Positions 43,552 to 54,219 of a stretch of DNA of 64,000 bases are shown in pieces. The notes beneath the pieces are model-generated. The model was not told the DNA's origin. It did no database searches and was given only the letters and a program-made list of their open reading frames with translations. Both the position numbers and the translations under genes were made by a program. The DNA comes from an uncultured delta proteobacterium (GTDB taxonomy: Bacteria > Desulfobacterota > Desulfobaccia > Desulfobaccales > 0-14-0-80-60-11). The number at the start of each line of letters is the position of its first letter. Position 1 is the stretch's first letter. The stretch spans positions 672,001 through 736,000 of the forward strand of contig CAWETI010000003.1 of the NCBI GenBank assembly GCA_963812015.1, read 5' to 3'.

Positions 43552-43772
43552 TGAGGTTCACAATGATTACTCGGTTAGAGCTGGCAAAACGTTGGAAGTG
43601 CTCCGCCCGAAAGGTTGACCGGATGAGAAAAGAGGGGCTACTCCCATGGGTTGACCTATCCCAAGGCCGGGGGGCGCGGCCTTGTGTGCGGTTCCGATTG
43701 GTCGATATTGAAACCTTAGAAGCACGCATGGTCAAGGGGCCGGTCATGGAAGCCCGGCCAGAGGCTTTATGA
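43551..43772 (+). CDS. Excisionase/AlpA-like HTH protein
   Basis: ITRLELAKRWKCSARKVDRMRKEGLLP...VRFRLVDIE MerR-type winged HTH; TAATG coupling to upstream gene. Confidence 0.72.
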   Translation: MRFTMITRLELAKRWKCSARKVDRMRKEGLLPWVDLSQGRGARPCVRFRLVDIETLEARMVKGPVMEARPEAL

Positions 43773-43986
43773 AATCAAATGCCCCTGGTGGGCGGGGACC
43801 ATGCCAGGGGCGACGGGCGGTGAACTCTTGATCATGCGGAGATTCTACTATGGAAACCATATTCTATTTTGAACTAAAATTCAATGGATTAGTGTGGCCG
43901 TTCTTCCTGCAACTTCATATCCCTGCCCATTTAGCTCAGTTATCCCTTGCCCTGGATAGGGCTTCGGTTGATTTCGAGGGGGCGGG

Positions 43987-46539
43987 ATGAACCTTGAGCA
44001 GCTTCTAACCCCGAAAACCCTTGCGACCCCGCACGTTCAAGACTTGAAGAGATCCAAGATAAGTCGGGAGGCGGCCCAGGAAGCGGGGATTTCGACCGTT
44101 CCCCCTGACATGATTTCAAAGGTTTTGGGAATGTGTAATTACGGGTGGGCTGCCCCCAAGGTTGACTCAATGCTGGCCTTCCTTTACCGGCCCCTCAATG
44201 GCAGCGGAGATCATGATTATTTCCGGGTTAAGGTATATCCCCCGATTAAGACAAAGAAGGGAACCGCTAAATATTTACAACCTGAGGGGAGCGTTAATCA
44301 CGTTTACTGTCCGTCCGGTGTTGAGCCCCAGGGAAATGACACCCTTTATATTACGGAAGGGGAGAAAAAGGCGGTGTGTCTTACCTTGCAAGGCTTCCCT
44401 TGTATTGGATTAGGCGGGGTGAACGGCTACCGAACAAAAGATGCTGAAGGTAATTCACGGGTAATTCCTGATTTCGATTTAATCAACTGGCATAAGCGTG
44501 ATGTGGTGATAGTTTTCGATGCTGACATAGCCGTCAATGAGATGGTGGAACAAGCCGAAACCAAATTAGCAGAGGAACTACTCTCCCGTAAGGCCAGAGT
44601 ATTCATTAAGCGGCTACCTTATGGCCCGGGGTGCGCTAAAGGGGCGGATGACTATCTAGTTACCCATGGGGCGGAAGCATTTAAAAAACTCCCTGCTAAG
44701 ACGGTAAAGCCGAAAAGAAAAGTGCCGGCCCAGGCCCAGGGAACCGAGCCGGAACCGGCTGAATCCCCCCGAGTGGCTATGTGCGGCCACCTGTATTTCA
44801 TTGACCGGGGGCGGTTGTGCCTGGAAACGGTGGACCGGGAGGGCAAGCCAAAGCTTACCATCCTGGCCAATTTTCAGGCCCAGATAGAAGAGGAAGTGAC
44901 CCGAGACGACGGCTTGAGGCCTTCAAAAGAATTTCATATTGCCGGAAGCCTGGACACCGGGCGGCTTCTCCCCCGGGCCCGCATAATGGCAAAAGAATAT
45001 GATTCCCTCAACTGGATACCCCGAGAGTGGGGGGCGGCGGCGGCGGTTGCCCCCGGCCGGTCCCTTGGCGCCCACCTGGTGAATGCTATTCAAGCTCATT
45101 CCCAGGGGTTCAAGAGGCGCACCGTCTATGCTCACACCGGCTGGCAAAAAATAGGGCTCGTTTGGCGATACCTGCATGGTGGGGGAGCTATCGGCCAGGG
45201 CGATCCGGTAGAGGTTGACCTTGGGGAGAACCTGAGTAACTACAGCTTGCCCGAGCCCGGGGGGATTGAGGCGGCTCAGGCCAGTTTGAGATTTTTGGAT
45301 ATTGGCCCCTGGAAAATCACAGCCCCCTTGCTTGCCTGTGTTTACCTGGCCCCGTTTGCGGACCTGTGCAATGTAGATTTTTCTCTCTGGTTCCACGGTC
45401 CCACGGGGGGGCTAAAATCCACCCTGGCGGCCCTGGCCCTCTGTCACTTCGGGAACTTCTCTCGGACTACCTTACCCGGATCATGGTTTTCAACCGTCAA
45501 CAGCCTGGAAAAGCTCTGCTTTGTGCTGAAAGATAGCCTGCTGGTGATTGATGATTTCATGCCGGCGGCGAACTCAAAGGAATCGCACCGAATGGCGGAG
45601 AGTGCGGCTCGGCTGATTTACCAGGCCGGCAATCGTTCAGGCCGTGGGCGGCTGACGGCGGACCTGAGCGCCCGGCCCGATCATCGCCCCCGTTGCCTAA
45701 TTATCTCTACGGGGGAAATGCTGCTACCCGGCCAGAGACAGAGTGCCACGGCCCGTTACCTGGGGGTTGAGTTTGACCCGGAAAAGACCCCGATAGACAT
45801 GGCCCGGCTGACGGCGGCCCAAAGGGAGCAGGCCCTTTACCCTCAAGCGATGGCGGCCTATCTTGAGCCCCTGGCCCCCCACCTGGATGATACCTTGACC
45901 CAGATTCAGGAGCTCTGGGGAGACTTCCGGGGGGCCTTTCAAAGGACGGCCCATTTGCGGATACCCGAAATTCAGGCCTGGTTAGCTGTGGGGTTCGAGC
46001 TCTTCCTGAGATTTCAAACCATCATGGGGGCAATTACCCAGGACGTCGCGGTTGATCTGCATGACCGCGCCTGGCGAGTGTTTGAAGCCCTGGGGGAAAA
46101 GCATTCCCGGATAATCGAGGGGGAGCGGCCTACCCTGAAATTCTTGGCGATCTTGCGGGAACTCTTCTACCAGTCGCGGGTTTATGTGGAATCGGCTACC
46201 GTGGCGGGTGCACCCCCACAGGAACGAGGAGCCTTGGGGTGGGAAGGAACCGAACCCGCAAAACATGCTGAGCTTGTGGGGTGGGCAGGCGATGGGGTTC
46301 TTTATCTTATGCCGGAAATGACCCTCAAGGTGATACACGAAACGATCCGCCGGCAAGGGGATTTCTTATCCTTGGGGAAAAATGACCTCTTTGCAGCCCT
46401 GGCACGGGAGGGGTTCATTGAGCCGGCCAGGGGCGAAAACACGCAAATAAAGTGGATTCAGGGGGCTTCAAAACGGGTTATCTGTTTACCCCTGGTGAAG
46501 TTGGCCGATGATGAGGCTATGGAAAATGAGAGGACATAA
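43987..46539 (+). CDS. Toprim primase (DUF3854-like) fused to DUF927-like helicase
   Basis: KYLQP, YITEGEKKA, VFDAD, KGADDYL (Toprim); HTGW, GPTGGLKST (Walker A variant), LVIDDF, GRGRL, ISTGE. Confidence 0.85.
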   Translation: MNLEQLLTPKTLATPHVQDLKRSKISREAAQEAGISTVPPDMISKVLGMCNYGWAAPKVDSMLAFLYRPLNGSGDHDYFRVKVYPPIKTKKGTAKYLQPEGSVNHVYCPSGVEPQGNDTLYITEGEKKAVCLTLQGFPCIGLGGVNGYRTKDAEGNSRVIPDFDLINWHKRDVVIVFDADIAVNEMVEQAETKLAEELLSRKARVFIKRLPYGPGCAKGADDYLVTHGAEAFKKLPAKTVKPKRKVPAQAQGTEPEPAESPRVAMCGHLYFIDRGRLCLETVDREGKPKLTILANFQAQIEEEVTRDDGLRPSKEFHIAGSLDTGRLLPRARIMAKEYDSLNWIPREWGAAAAVAPGRSLGAHLVNAIQAHSQGFKRRTVYAHTGWQKIGLVWRYLHGGGAIGQGDPVEVDLGENLSNYSLPEPGGIEAAQASLRFLDIGPWKITAPLLACVYLAPFADLCNVDFSLWFHGPTGGLKSTLAALALCHFGNFSRTTLPGSWFSTVNSLEKLCFVLKDSLLVIDDFMPAANSKESHRMAESAARLIYQAGNRSGRGRLTADLSARPDHRPRCLIISTGEMLLPGQRQSATARYLGVEFDPEKTPIDMARLTAAQREQALYPQAMAAYLEPLAPHLDDTLTQIQELWGDFRGAFQRTAHLRIPEIQAWLAVGFELFLRFQTIMGAITQDVAVDLHDRAWRVFEALGEKHSRIIEGERPTLKFLAILRELFYQSRVYVESATVAGAPPQERGALGWEGTEPAKHAELVGWAGDGVLYLMPEMTLKVIHETIRRQGDFLSLGKNDLFAALAREGFIEPARGENTQIKWIQGASKRVICLPLVKLADDEAMENERT

Positions 46540-46549
46540 CCCTCCTGGT

Positions 46550-46835
46550 CTTACGGTCCTTACGGCATCCTTACGGCAATTTTTGGCAAACCGTAAGGGA
46601 GGAAATGCAGGCCAGTAAAGGGGTAGAGGGGTATCCTTACGGAAATTACGGTTTTATTCTCTATAAGACCCTCTTTGTATCTAGAGAGAGAGGGGTAGGC
46701 AGGGTGCAGGAATTATAACATGTAGCTCTACTGGAATAATGCCGTAAGAACCGTAAGGCGGCCTTTTGAGTTAATAACCGCGCGGGTTTCACCCTTACGG
46801 TTATACCGTAAGGATACCGTAAGGGAAGCGTAAGG
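46550..46835. repeat. Iteron array, candidate replication origin
   Basis: TTACGG at 46551, 46560, 46571, 46637, 46646, 46795; CCGTAA at 46591, 46742, 46751, 46806, 46817; GCGTAAGG at 46828. Confidence 0.8.
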
Positions 46836-46838
46836 AAT

Positions 46839-48206
46839 ATGATCACCCTCAGAATTGACAGCCAAGTTCACTTTGGCCCCATGCCCGAGATCCCGGGAGC
46901 AATCCTGAACGAGATCAAGCGCCGACTGAGCTTCGAGAATCCGGCCTACCTGGAGGCTAAGAAGCGGGGTTTTTACACCGGGAATATTGCCCAACAGATT
47001 CGCGGCTATGAGATCGAAGGCGACCGGTTGATCATCCCCCGGGGTTTCACCCGGCAACTGGTGGAGATGCTTCACCGTGCGGGCGTCCAGTATCGCATCG
47101 AGGACCGACGGCGGACCCTGCCAGAGGAGGTCTTTCAATTCCTTGGTTTCCCCTACGACTTCCAGGCTGAGGCCGTGGAAGCCATGGCAGCGCGGGATTT
47201 CGGGACCCTGGCGGCGCCCACGGGCTCAGGTAAAACGGTGGTGGCCCTGGCTCTCGTGGCCATGCGGCGGCAACCGGCCCTGGTAGTGGTGCACACCCGG
47301 GAACTCATGGACCAATGGATTTCGAGGGTTGAAACCTTCCTGGGAATCCCGGCCCGAGAGGTGGGTATCATCGGCGGCGGCAAAATGAAGATGGGGGACA
47401 AGATCACCGTGGCCATGGTGCAGACCCTTTGCAAGTGCGCCCCCGAGGTTGCCCCTTTCATCGGAAATTTGATAGTTGACGAGGCCCACAGATGCCCCTC
47501 CCGGACCTTCACAGAGGCGGTGACGGCCTTTGATTCATGGTACATGACCGGCCTGAGTGCAACCCCTTGGCGGCGTGACGGCCTCTCCCGGCTGATTTAC
47601 TGGTATGTGGGGGATAAGGTCCATGAGATTGACAAGGCCGCCCTGGTGAAAGCTGGCCACGTCCTCCAGGCTGAGGTGGTCTGGAGAGAAACCGATTTCG
47701 AGCCCACCTTTGACCCCTCAGAGGAATATAGCCGGATGCTGTCAGAGCTTACCCAGGACCCGGCCAGAAATGACTTGATTGCCGCGGACGTGGCCCGGGA
47801 AGCCCAAGGCAACGGCGGCGGGGTATGTCTGGTGCTCAGTGACCGGAAAAGCCACGTCGAAACTCTGGCGGGGCTCCTGGAGGTTCGGGGGATAGAGGCG
47901 GCAATACTTACCGGGGATCTGAGCAACGGAGAACGTCAAGCGGTTGTGGCGGCCCTGAACGCCGGTAAGGTCAAGGTCCTGGTGGCCACAGGGCAGTTGA
48001 TCGGTGAGGGCTTCGATTGCCGGGACCTCAGCACCTTGTTTCTTGGCACGCCCATCCGATTCTCCGGTCGGCTCCTGCAATACCTGGGGCGGGTGCTCCG
48101 GCCGGCACCTGGGAAGAGTCGAGCGGTTGTGGTCGATTATCAGGATGTAAATGTGCCTGTTTTGATGAATGCGGCCAGGGGGCGCCAACGGGTTTATGGC
48201 GAATAA
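46839..48206 (+). CDS. Superfamily 2 DEAH helicase (ResIII/SSL2-like)
   Basis: YDFQ, APTGSGKT, VDEAH, GLSATP.RRDG, GEGFD, QYLGRVLR. Confidence 0.92.
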   Translation: MITLRIDSQVHFGPMPEIPGAILNEIKRRLSFENPAYLEAKKRGFYTGNIAQQIRGYEIEGDRLIIPRGFTRQLVEMLHRAGVQYRIEDRRRTLPEEVFQFLGFPYDFQAEAVEAMAARDFGTLAAPTGSGKTVVALALVAMRRQPALVVVHTRELMDQWISRVETFLGIPAREVGIIGGGKMKMGDKITVAMVQTLCKCAPEVAPFIGNLIVDEAHRCPSRTFTEAVTAFDSWYMTGLSATPWRRDGLSRLIYWYVGDKVHEIDKAALVKAGHVLQAEVVWRETDFEPTFDPSEEYSRMLSELTQDPARNDLIAADVAREAQGNGGGVCLVLSDRKSHVETLAGLLEVRGIEAAILTGDLSNGERQAVVAALNAGKVKVLVATGQLIGEGFDCRDLSTLFLGTPIRFSGRLLQYLGRVLRPAPGKSRAVVVDYQDVNVPVLMNAARGRQRVYGE

Positions 48207-48339
48207 CCTCTAAACTTTTTCAGCATGGCGGATAAATGCCTCGTGAGGTTTGACCAGGAGGCCGAATACCCCGCACCCTGAATTTAACACCGTGGGCGGT
48301 TACTTTGGCCCTATCGTGATAATGGTTAAGGGGAATGTT

Positions 48340-48684
48340 ATGGGAAAAGGTCTTTCTTTTTTACAGGAGCAAATCCTTATCCTGGCCTTGCAACGCGGAG
48401 GGACGGTATCCGTGGCCGACATTTTAAATTCGTTGTGGGAACCGGCCGGAGAGAATGGCGCTCAGCCTTTCAGCCGGCGCCATGTCGGGGCAGGGGATTA
48501 TGGCCAAATCCACAGCACCCTATCAAGATCCGTTGAGCGGCTACGCTTTAGAGGTCTAACGCGGACTTTCAAGGATGTAGCCGGAACCCCTGGGACAATC
48601 ATAGCCCTCACAGCTTTCGGAAGACAGATAGCTCAGGAGATTGCAGAGGGAGAAGAGGAAGAAGCGCTGACCCAGCATGAATAA
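48340..48684 (+). CDS. Putative winged-helix DNA-binding protein
   Basis: LSFLQEQIL...STLSRSVERLRFRGL...IALTAFGR resembles MarR-like wHTH. Confidence 0.5.
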   Translation: MGKGLSFLQEQILILALQRGGTVSVADILNSLWEPAGENGAQPFSRRHVGAGDYGQIHSTLSRSVERLRFRGLTRTFKDVAGTPGTIIALTAFGRQIAQEIAEGEEEEALTQHE

Positions 48685-49289
48685 TTTTTATTTCTTACTA
48701 TTTATGTCAAATTATGAATTACTATCTTTTTCCTATCTATTCAAATCGTGCTTATTGGTGAAAACCCAGGGCTGGTGAGGCTCGCATGACTTCAAGGAAT
48801 TTTCCAGAAATAGCTCGATAAATCCAGAATATTATTAAATCTTTCGAAAATAATATACAGTAACTAATTGATTATTAAAGGTAATCGAGCAATAAATTAT
48901 TAAATAAATTGTTTTAAAGTCCAGATTTGAAAGATTTTCCATATTTTTGCACATACAAGCCAGACTTTTCCTATATAATCCTCCCCCCCATTTCTCCATT
49001 ATCTTTCGGAAGTTTATCGACTCCTGGCCATACCCAGACACCGTCTCCGGTCTCTTGTGTCCCCATCGCCATAAAATCATTTCTCCGGCAATGAAATGAG
49101 CCGCCCAAAAATCCCCCAAAAAGAATTAATGGAATGTCTTCACGTGTGGCATAATACTTTTCGGGTGACCTTCATGAATTTACGGCCCCCTGGCCAACTT
49201 ACTTAACGAGACCGCCAAAGCAGGTCGGACAAGTGCACCCCCCCCGTAGCCAGGGCCATGATGCCCCCATCTTTGAATAGAGGTACACT

Positions 49290-50470
49290 GTGGCAACGAA
49301 TTTACCTACCGTCATCGAAGCCGTTCTCAAGACCTATGCCCAAGAAGTAACGGCCAAGTTTGCTCTCCCCATAGATTTTAACCCGGAGGACCAACTTAAG
49401 ACCCCTATCGATGCCCTCCTTAAAGGTATCGGCGCCGCAATAGGTCTTGCACTCGGGGTCGTAACGGAAGTACATACAGATCAACTCGGGCGCCCCGATA
49501 TGGGCATTGCGGTCAAGGGACTTCTGGCCGGCCACGTGGAGTTGAAGGCGCCCGGCAAGGGCGCCAACCCGGAAAAACTAAAGGGCGGTGACCGGGAGCA
49601 GTGGGAGCGCTTTAAGAATCTCCCCAACCTCATTTACACCGACGGCAACGACTGGGCCCTGTATCGCAACGGCCAACTGGAAGGGAAAATGGTTCGGCTG
49701 GCCGGCGACGTCTCCACTGCCGGCCCGGCCGCCATCGGTCCTGCCGATGCCGAGGCCCTCCTGGCGTTGATGCAAGACTTTCTCCACTGGGAGCCCATTG
49801 TCCCCGCGTCGCCTACCGCGCTGGCAAAAATGCTCGCCCCCCTCTGCCGTCTGCTGCGCGCCGATGTCCTGGCAGCCCTCCAAAATCGCGAGTCAAATCT
49901 TTCTCATCTGGCCGCGGATTGGCGCAAGTACCTTTTTCCCGATGCCGACGATTTCCAGTTCGCCGACGCCTATGCCCAGACACTCACCTACGCCTTGCTC
50001 CTGGCTCGCCTCTCCGGCCCGGGAGCGGGCCTCTCCATCCCCCAAGCCGTGGCCGCCATCCGCACCGGCCATCGCCTGTTGGCCGACGCCCTAAAAATCT
50101 TGGGTGACCCCATGGCCCGGGAGGAGATTGAGACCCCGGTTTCGGTGCTGGAACGGGTGATCGGCGCGGTGGACCCCGCGGTCCTCACCCGCAAGTCAAA
50201 GGGAGATCCCTGGCTCTATTTCTACGAGGACTTCCTGGCCGCCTACGATCCGAAAATGCGCAAGGACCGGGGAGTGTACTACACCCGGTGGAGGTGGTCC
50301 AGGCTCAGGTGCGCCTGGTGGCCCAGTTGCTGGAGGAGCGCTTTGACGCTGACTTTTCCTTTGTGAACGAAAAGGTCATCACCCTGGACCCCGGCGCCGG
50401 CACCGGCACCTATATCCTCGCCGCCCTGCAACACGGCCTGCACCGGGTGGAGCAGGAAAGAGGCCCCAGC
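49290..50470 (+). pseudogene. Type ISP / IIG-like restriction-modification enzyme, frameshifted and truncated
   Basis: PD..ELK nuclease (RPDM..HVELKAP), FADAYAQTLTY, YFYEDFLAAYD, GVYYT then frameshift to VEVV..LDPGAGTGTY; similarity ends near 50470 with no catalytic NPPY motif or TRD. Confidence 0.85.
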
Positions 50471-51471
50471 CAGCGGCCTATCGCCGTCATTTCTTCCACG
50501 CAGCCTCCACAGGGAACGATATACGCCGCTACTTTCCCACGATTTGCACCCGGTCAGCCTCTGAGAGTGAGAAGTGCAAAGATAAGAAGGCGGGGTGTCG
50601 CCTTTGAGACCCAGGCCCTGCTTCCTGGCCAGAAGCTCCGTAAATCTTAAATACTATACTTTTGTATAGTTGTCAAGCGAGCGTTTTTTGACCCCAAGAA
50701 GATCATATATTAACCTCTGACCCAGCCTCGCCCCAGTAACCCCTCAGTCAAAGCGTTAGAACGCCGCAGGAAGCGTGTGACGCTTTTTTAAGGCCTATCT
50801 AAGGGTGGGCCATGGCCATAATTCGGCCGGGGTCAAGTGACCCCACGGACGCGGTTGCGGGTCCCGGACCAGCCGGATTTTTGCTTCAAAATTTTTGGGC
50901 CGTTCCCATCATGGGGGGTGTCTGCTGTTCCTGCCCATGCGAACGAAAAAAGACTCGATCAGTTAGACCTATTTCACTATGCAAACCATATCCGCAACTC
51001 TTTGGAATTTTTGATAAGTCTTGATAGTGGCAAGATATCTGGCTATGACCTGCCTCTCTTCGATCAATTACTCTAAAATAACTTGTGGATTATTTTTTGG
51101 GGGGTAGGTTATTCAGAAGCAAAAATTAGGGATGTCCTAATATAAAATTAAGATTATTTTTGAAATAATTGCGCATAAATTTCTCATGGCCTAAGCTATG
51201 CTCCGCCAGGATCACTGGCTTGACTAAAAAAAGCCGAATTTTCTCACTCAAATTGGTCCAAAAAAAGGGGCAGTTCCAAAAAGGGAGCGGAATCTTGGGC
51301 ACGAGTATGAGATTAAACTGCTTAGATTCATTAATGAAATTTTTTTTCGCCTGAATGCGCCGATCGAAAGCATTTTTGGGGTTAAACCATCAAGGGCCGC
51401 ATATACCGACCTAACACGCCCCGGAGGATACGGTGGCGGGGTCGGCGGGGGTCGGCATGGGGAGGGTTTGA

Positions 51472-52689
51472 TTGAAAAAATGGGCCGTCAACGCCGGGTT
51501 GATAATTCTCAGCATAATGGTGGTGATCACCGGCCTAGAGATGGCCCTTCGATTCACCTCATGCCGCTACCTGCTAACCCGAAACCGCCATCTCCGCTAT
51601 TACTACCATGCCGATCCAGTCAAAGGCTTTGACATTTCCCCCAGTATCAAGCCCAGGCGTGTTTCCGTGGACTACCGGGTGGAGTTCGACATCTGGTCCA
51701 ACGAGCTGGGGTGTTTTGATGAGCCTTACCATGGAGAAAAATCATTCATCCTACTAGTGGGTGATAGTTTCACCCACAGCTTCGCGCCCTTCTCGGATAA
51801 ATGGGGGACCCAGGTAGAAAAGTTGCTGGGCTACCGGGTATTGAAATGCGGGGTTACCGGATATGGGACCTATCAGGAACTTTTGAAGGCTAAAGAGATT
51901 ATCGCCAAGGTCAAAAATCGGCCGCAGCTCATCATCGTGGGCTATTTTTGGAATGACCTTAGCGACGATTACTCCTTCCCCGATCTCACCGTAGTCGATG
52001 GCTTCCTGGTGGAGTCCGGCAAATATAAGGACCCCAAGACTAATGAACTCTTAACGGAAAAATTGACCAAAAGATATACCCTGTGGGAAAAGCTGTTCGG
52101 CGGCGCCTACCCCTTAAATGTGGGCGAGATGATCAGGTACTACCTGGATCAGCATTTCATTGTCATGAACCTGGTGAATGATGCTTTGGCGAGTGTCTCT
52201 CCAGGCCGGCAAAAATATACCCGCCCCGATGAATTTATAGCGTTCGAACCCGAGTCCAAAAATCGGAAGATCTGGCAGCAGCACTTACAGAACGTAGCCG
52301 CATTTAAAGACCTGGCCGTGGCCAATCAGGCCAACCTGCTGATGGTGCTGATCCCCACCAACACCCAGGTCTATCCCTTCCTGGGGGCACACCGGGGTGA
52401 TGATCTAGAAGGTCCTAACAGGATTATGGCGCAGTTCCTGACTGCCCAGGGCATTGATTTTATAGATTTACTCCCCCTCATGAGAACCTATGCCAGTGAA
52501 ACGCCGCGCCGGGCCCTGAACCCGGAAAAGGACCTGTACTGGCGGCATAATTCTCACTGGAGCATCAGAGGCAATCACCTGGCTGGCATGCTGGTGTCCC
52601 GCTATATCCTGGAACACCGGTTGGTGGAGGCGCCGGAACGGGAGGCCAGACTCAGGGAAATAGAGGCTAAATTGCAAGCCTGGCGCTAA
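51472..52689 (+). CDS. Membrane-anchored SGNH/GDSL hydrolase-like protein (AlgJ/AlgX-like)
   Basis: N-terminal TM helix, NELG, VGDSFT, GVTGYGT, WND, SHWSIRGN. Confidence 0.75.
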   Translation: MKKWAVNAGLIILSIMVVITGLEMALRFTSCRYLLTRNRHLRYYYHADPVKGFDISPSIKPRRVSVDYRVEFDIWSNELGCFDEPYHGEKSFILLVGDSFTHSFAPFSDKWGTQVEKLLGYRVLKCGVTGYGTYQELLKAKEIIAKVKNRPQLIIVGYFWNDLSDDYSFPDLTVVDGFLVESGKYKDPKTNELLTEKLTKRYTLWEKLFGGAYPLNVGEMIRYYLDQHFIVMNLVNDALASVSPGRQKYTRPDEFIAFEPESKNRKIWQQHLQNVAAFKDLAVANQANLLMVLIPTNTQVYPFLGAHRGDDLEGPNRIMAQFLTAQGIDFIDLLPLMRTYASETPRRALNPEKDLYWRHNSHWSIRGNHLAGMLVSRYILEHRLVEAPEREARLREIEAKLQAWR

Positions 52690-53028
52690 GAGCAACGTTG
52701 ACCTGCCTGCCATAATACCGGATTACTCACTTGTGGCCAACCCAAACTACTCGGGTACGATATGGCGATCATAGTACGCCACGAACGCACGTAGAGTGCG
52801 GTGCCTTGCAGGAGATGAGGGTTAGGCCCCTTGGAACCGGTCTGCAGAGACAGGTTCAAACCGCCTTAAGCTGCACTGGTTTCACTGATGCACACCGAAG
52901 GCTGTGGCCCTCTGATCAGCCACCGCAGATAACCCTTTCCGGAATCTCTCACCACTCCAGAACGATACACATCTGCAAGCTGTTTTCTTGACATCTTTCT
53001 CTAAATATGCAATAAATTAATATCCTCC

Positions 53029-53343
53029 ATGTCATCGAGAGCTATCAATGTAGTGAAGCAGATAGTAATGCTTCTCTGCACATTTATCCTGTTGACCGAT
53101 TTAGCCGATGATGGGTGCCTCGGCAAGGCCGCTCCGCTAGTTTTTTATAGTCCAGGGACAGTTACCCTCACCTCTTCACCGGATAACTCGGGTAACGTTG
53201 AGCCCCAAGTTTGGCTCCCGCCAACAGAATTGCTGGGTATCCCCCGCCGATTACAAAACCGGCCAGCATTGGGTAAGGTTGATCATGTTCTTAGAATAAT
53301 CACTCCCTACCTTTTCAGCAGTTCCGGTGGTATCCCCTTATAA
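53029..53343 (+). CDS. Small exported/membrane hypothetical protein
   Basis: Hydrophobic N-terminus, DLADDGCLGK, C-terminal SSSGGIPL; TTGACA upstream at 52988. Confidence 0.45.
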   Translation: MSSRAINVVKQIVMLLCTFILLTDLADDGCLGKAAPLVFYSPGTVTLTSSPDNSGNVEPQVWLPPTELLGIPRRLQNRPALGKVDHVLRIITPYLFSSSGGIPL

Positions 53344-53613
53344 ATATCCCTCCACTCGCCTTTCGTCTTTCAGATCAATAACCAATAAAAGCCATATATA
53401 TCAGTAAGTTATACATCATCAAGGGCACGGCATTTCCGCATTGGGGGCAGCGACTTCAGTCCCAGAACAATATCCATATTCGAACGGCCAATATGGATAT
53501 TCCTGAATCACGGACCATGCTTCATAAAGGAGAAATGATAAGGCAACCACGCCAAACGCACCGTGGCCCCCGATGCAGTTTTTGGGCCGCAATGTTTATA
53601 TAAGGAGTACCCA

Positions 53614-54219
53614 ATGGCTCATTTGCTCTTAAGAATCCTGGTGCTCGGGTTAATCTCGAACCTCGTGGTGGGGGTTGGGGGGGCCTGGGCGGGTCCTCCC
53701 ACTGAAAATGTCAAGAAGTTCATTGAAAGGGCCCTGGATGTTCTCCAAAACCCCGCCTACCAGGGTGAAGAACGGCGCCAGATGGTCAAGCGCATCGTAG
53801 ACCCATATTTTGATTACCGAGAAATGGCCAAGCGCTCCTTGGGAGCCACCTGGGGCAAAATTAGCGCCGGCCAGCGAGATGATTTCGTGCATCTGTTCGC
53901 GCAACTGTTAGAAGCTTCCTATTCCGACAAGATTGAGAAGTATGCCCAGCGTGTGAAGATTGACTACACCGGCGAGATTCTGGACGGCGAATACGCCGAA
54001 GTGCGCACAGTGGTAGTGAAAGCCAATGACCGGATCCCCTTAAACTATCGCCTCCTAAATGAAGCCGGGGGTTGGAAGGTCTACGACGTGGTTATCGAGG
54101 GTGTCAGCTTGGTGAGCAACTACCAGTCCCAGTTCCATCGCATTATCCATGAATCGTCTTACATCGACCTAGTGCAACGCCTCAAGAGCAAGGTGTCCGA
54201 ATTACAGCGGAGCGGATGA
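53614..54219 (+). CDS. MlaC/Ttg2D (HpnM-like) lipid-binding periplasmic protein
   Basis: Signal peptide, FDYREMAKRSLG..W, WKVYDVVIEGVSLVSNYQSQF; RBS AAGGAG. Confidence 0.88.
   Translation: MAHLLLRILVLGLISNLVVGVGGAWAGPPTENVKKFIERALDVLQNPAYQGEERRQMVKRIVDPYFDYREMAKRSLGATWGKISAGQRDDFVHLFAQLLEASYSDKIEKYAQRVKIDYTGEILDGEYAEVRTVVVKANDRIPLNYRLLNEAGGWKVYDVVIEGVSLVSNYQSQFHRIIHESSYIDLVQRLKSKVSELQRSG

Larger units (their letters stand above)
40833..50470. mobile_element. tRNA-integrated, capsid-less satellite/PICI-like element (right boundary not found, may extend past window)
   Basis: att fragment, tyrosine integrase, RHH and Xis-like genes, primase-helicase, iteron origin, R-M remnant; visibly lower GC than host genes. 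Confidence 0.8.

Noticed and set aside
46550..46835. CRISPR array
   Set aside because: Repeats are 6-8 nt, in both orientations and irregularly spaced; no cas genes
48700..49280. Small defence ORF in the AT-rich gap (48835-49119 minus)
   Set aside because: Weak start, no RBS or recognisable motif
50650..51460. Short ORFs and TGACCCC motifs as an IS remnant
   Set aside because: No transposase similarity or paired ends that I could establish by eye
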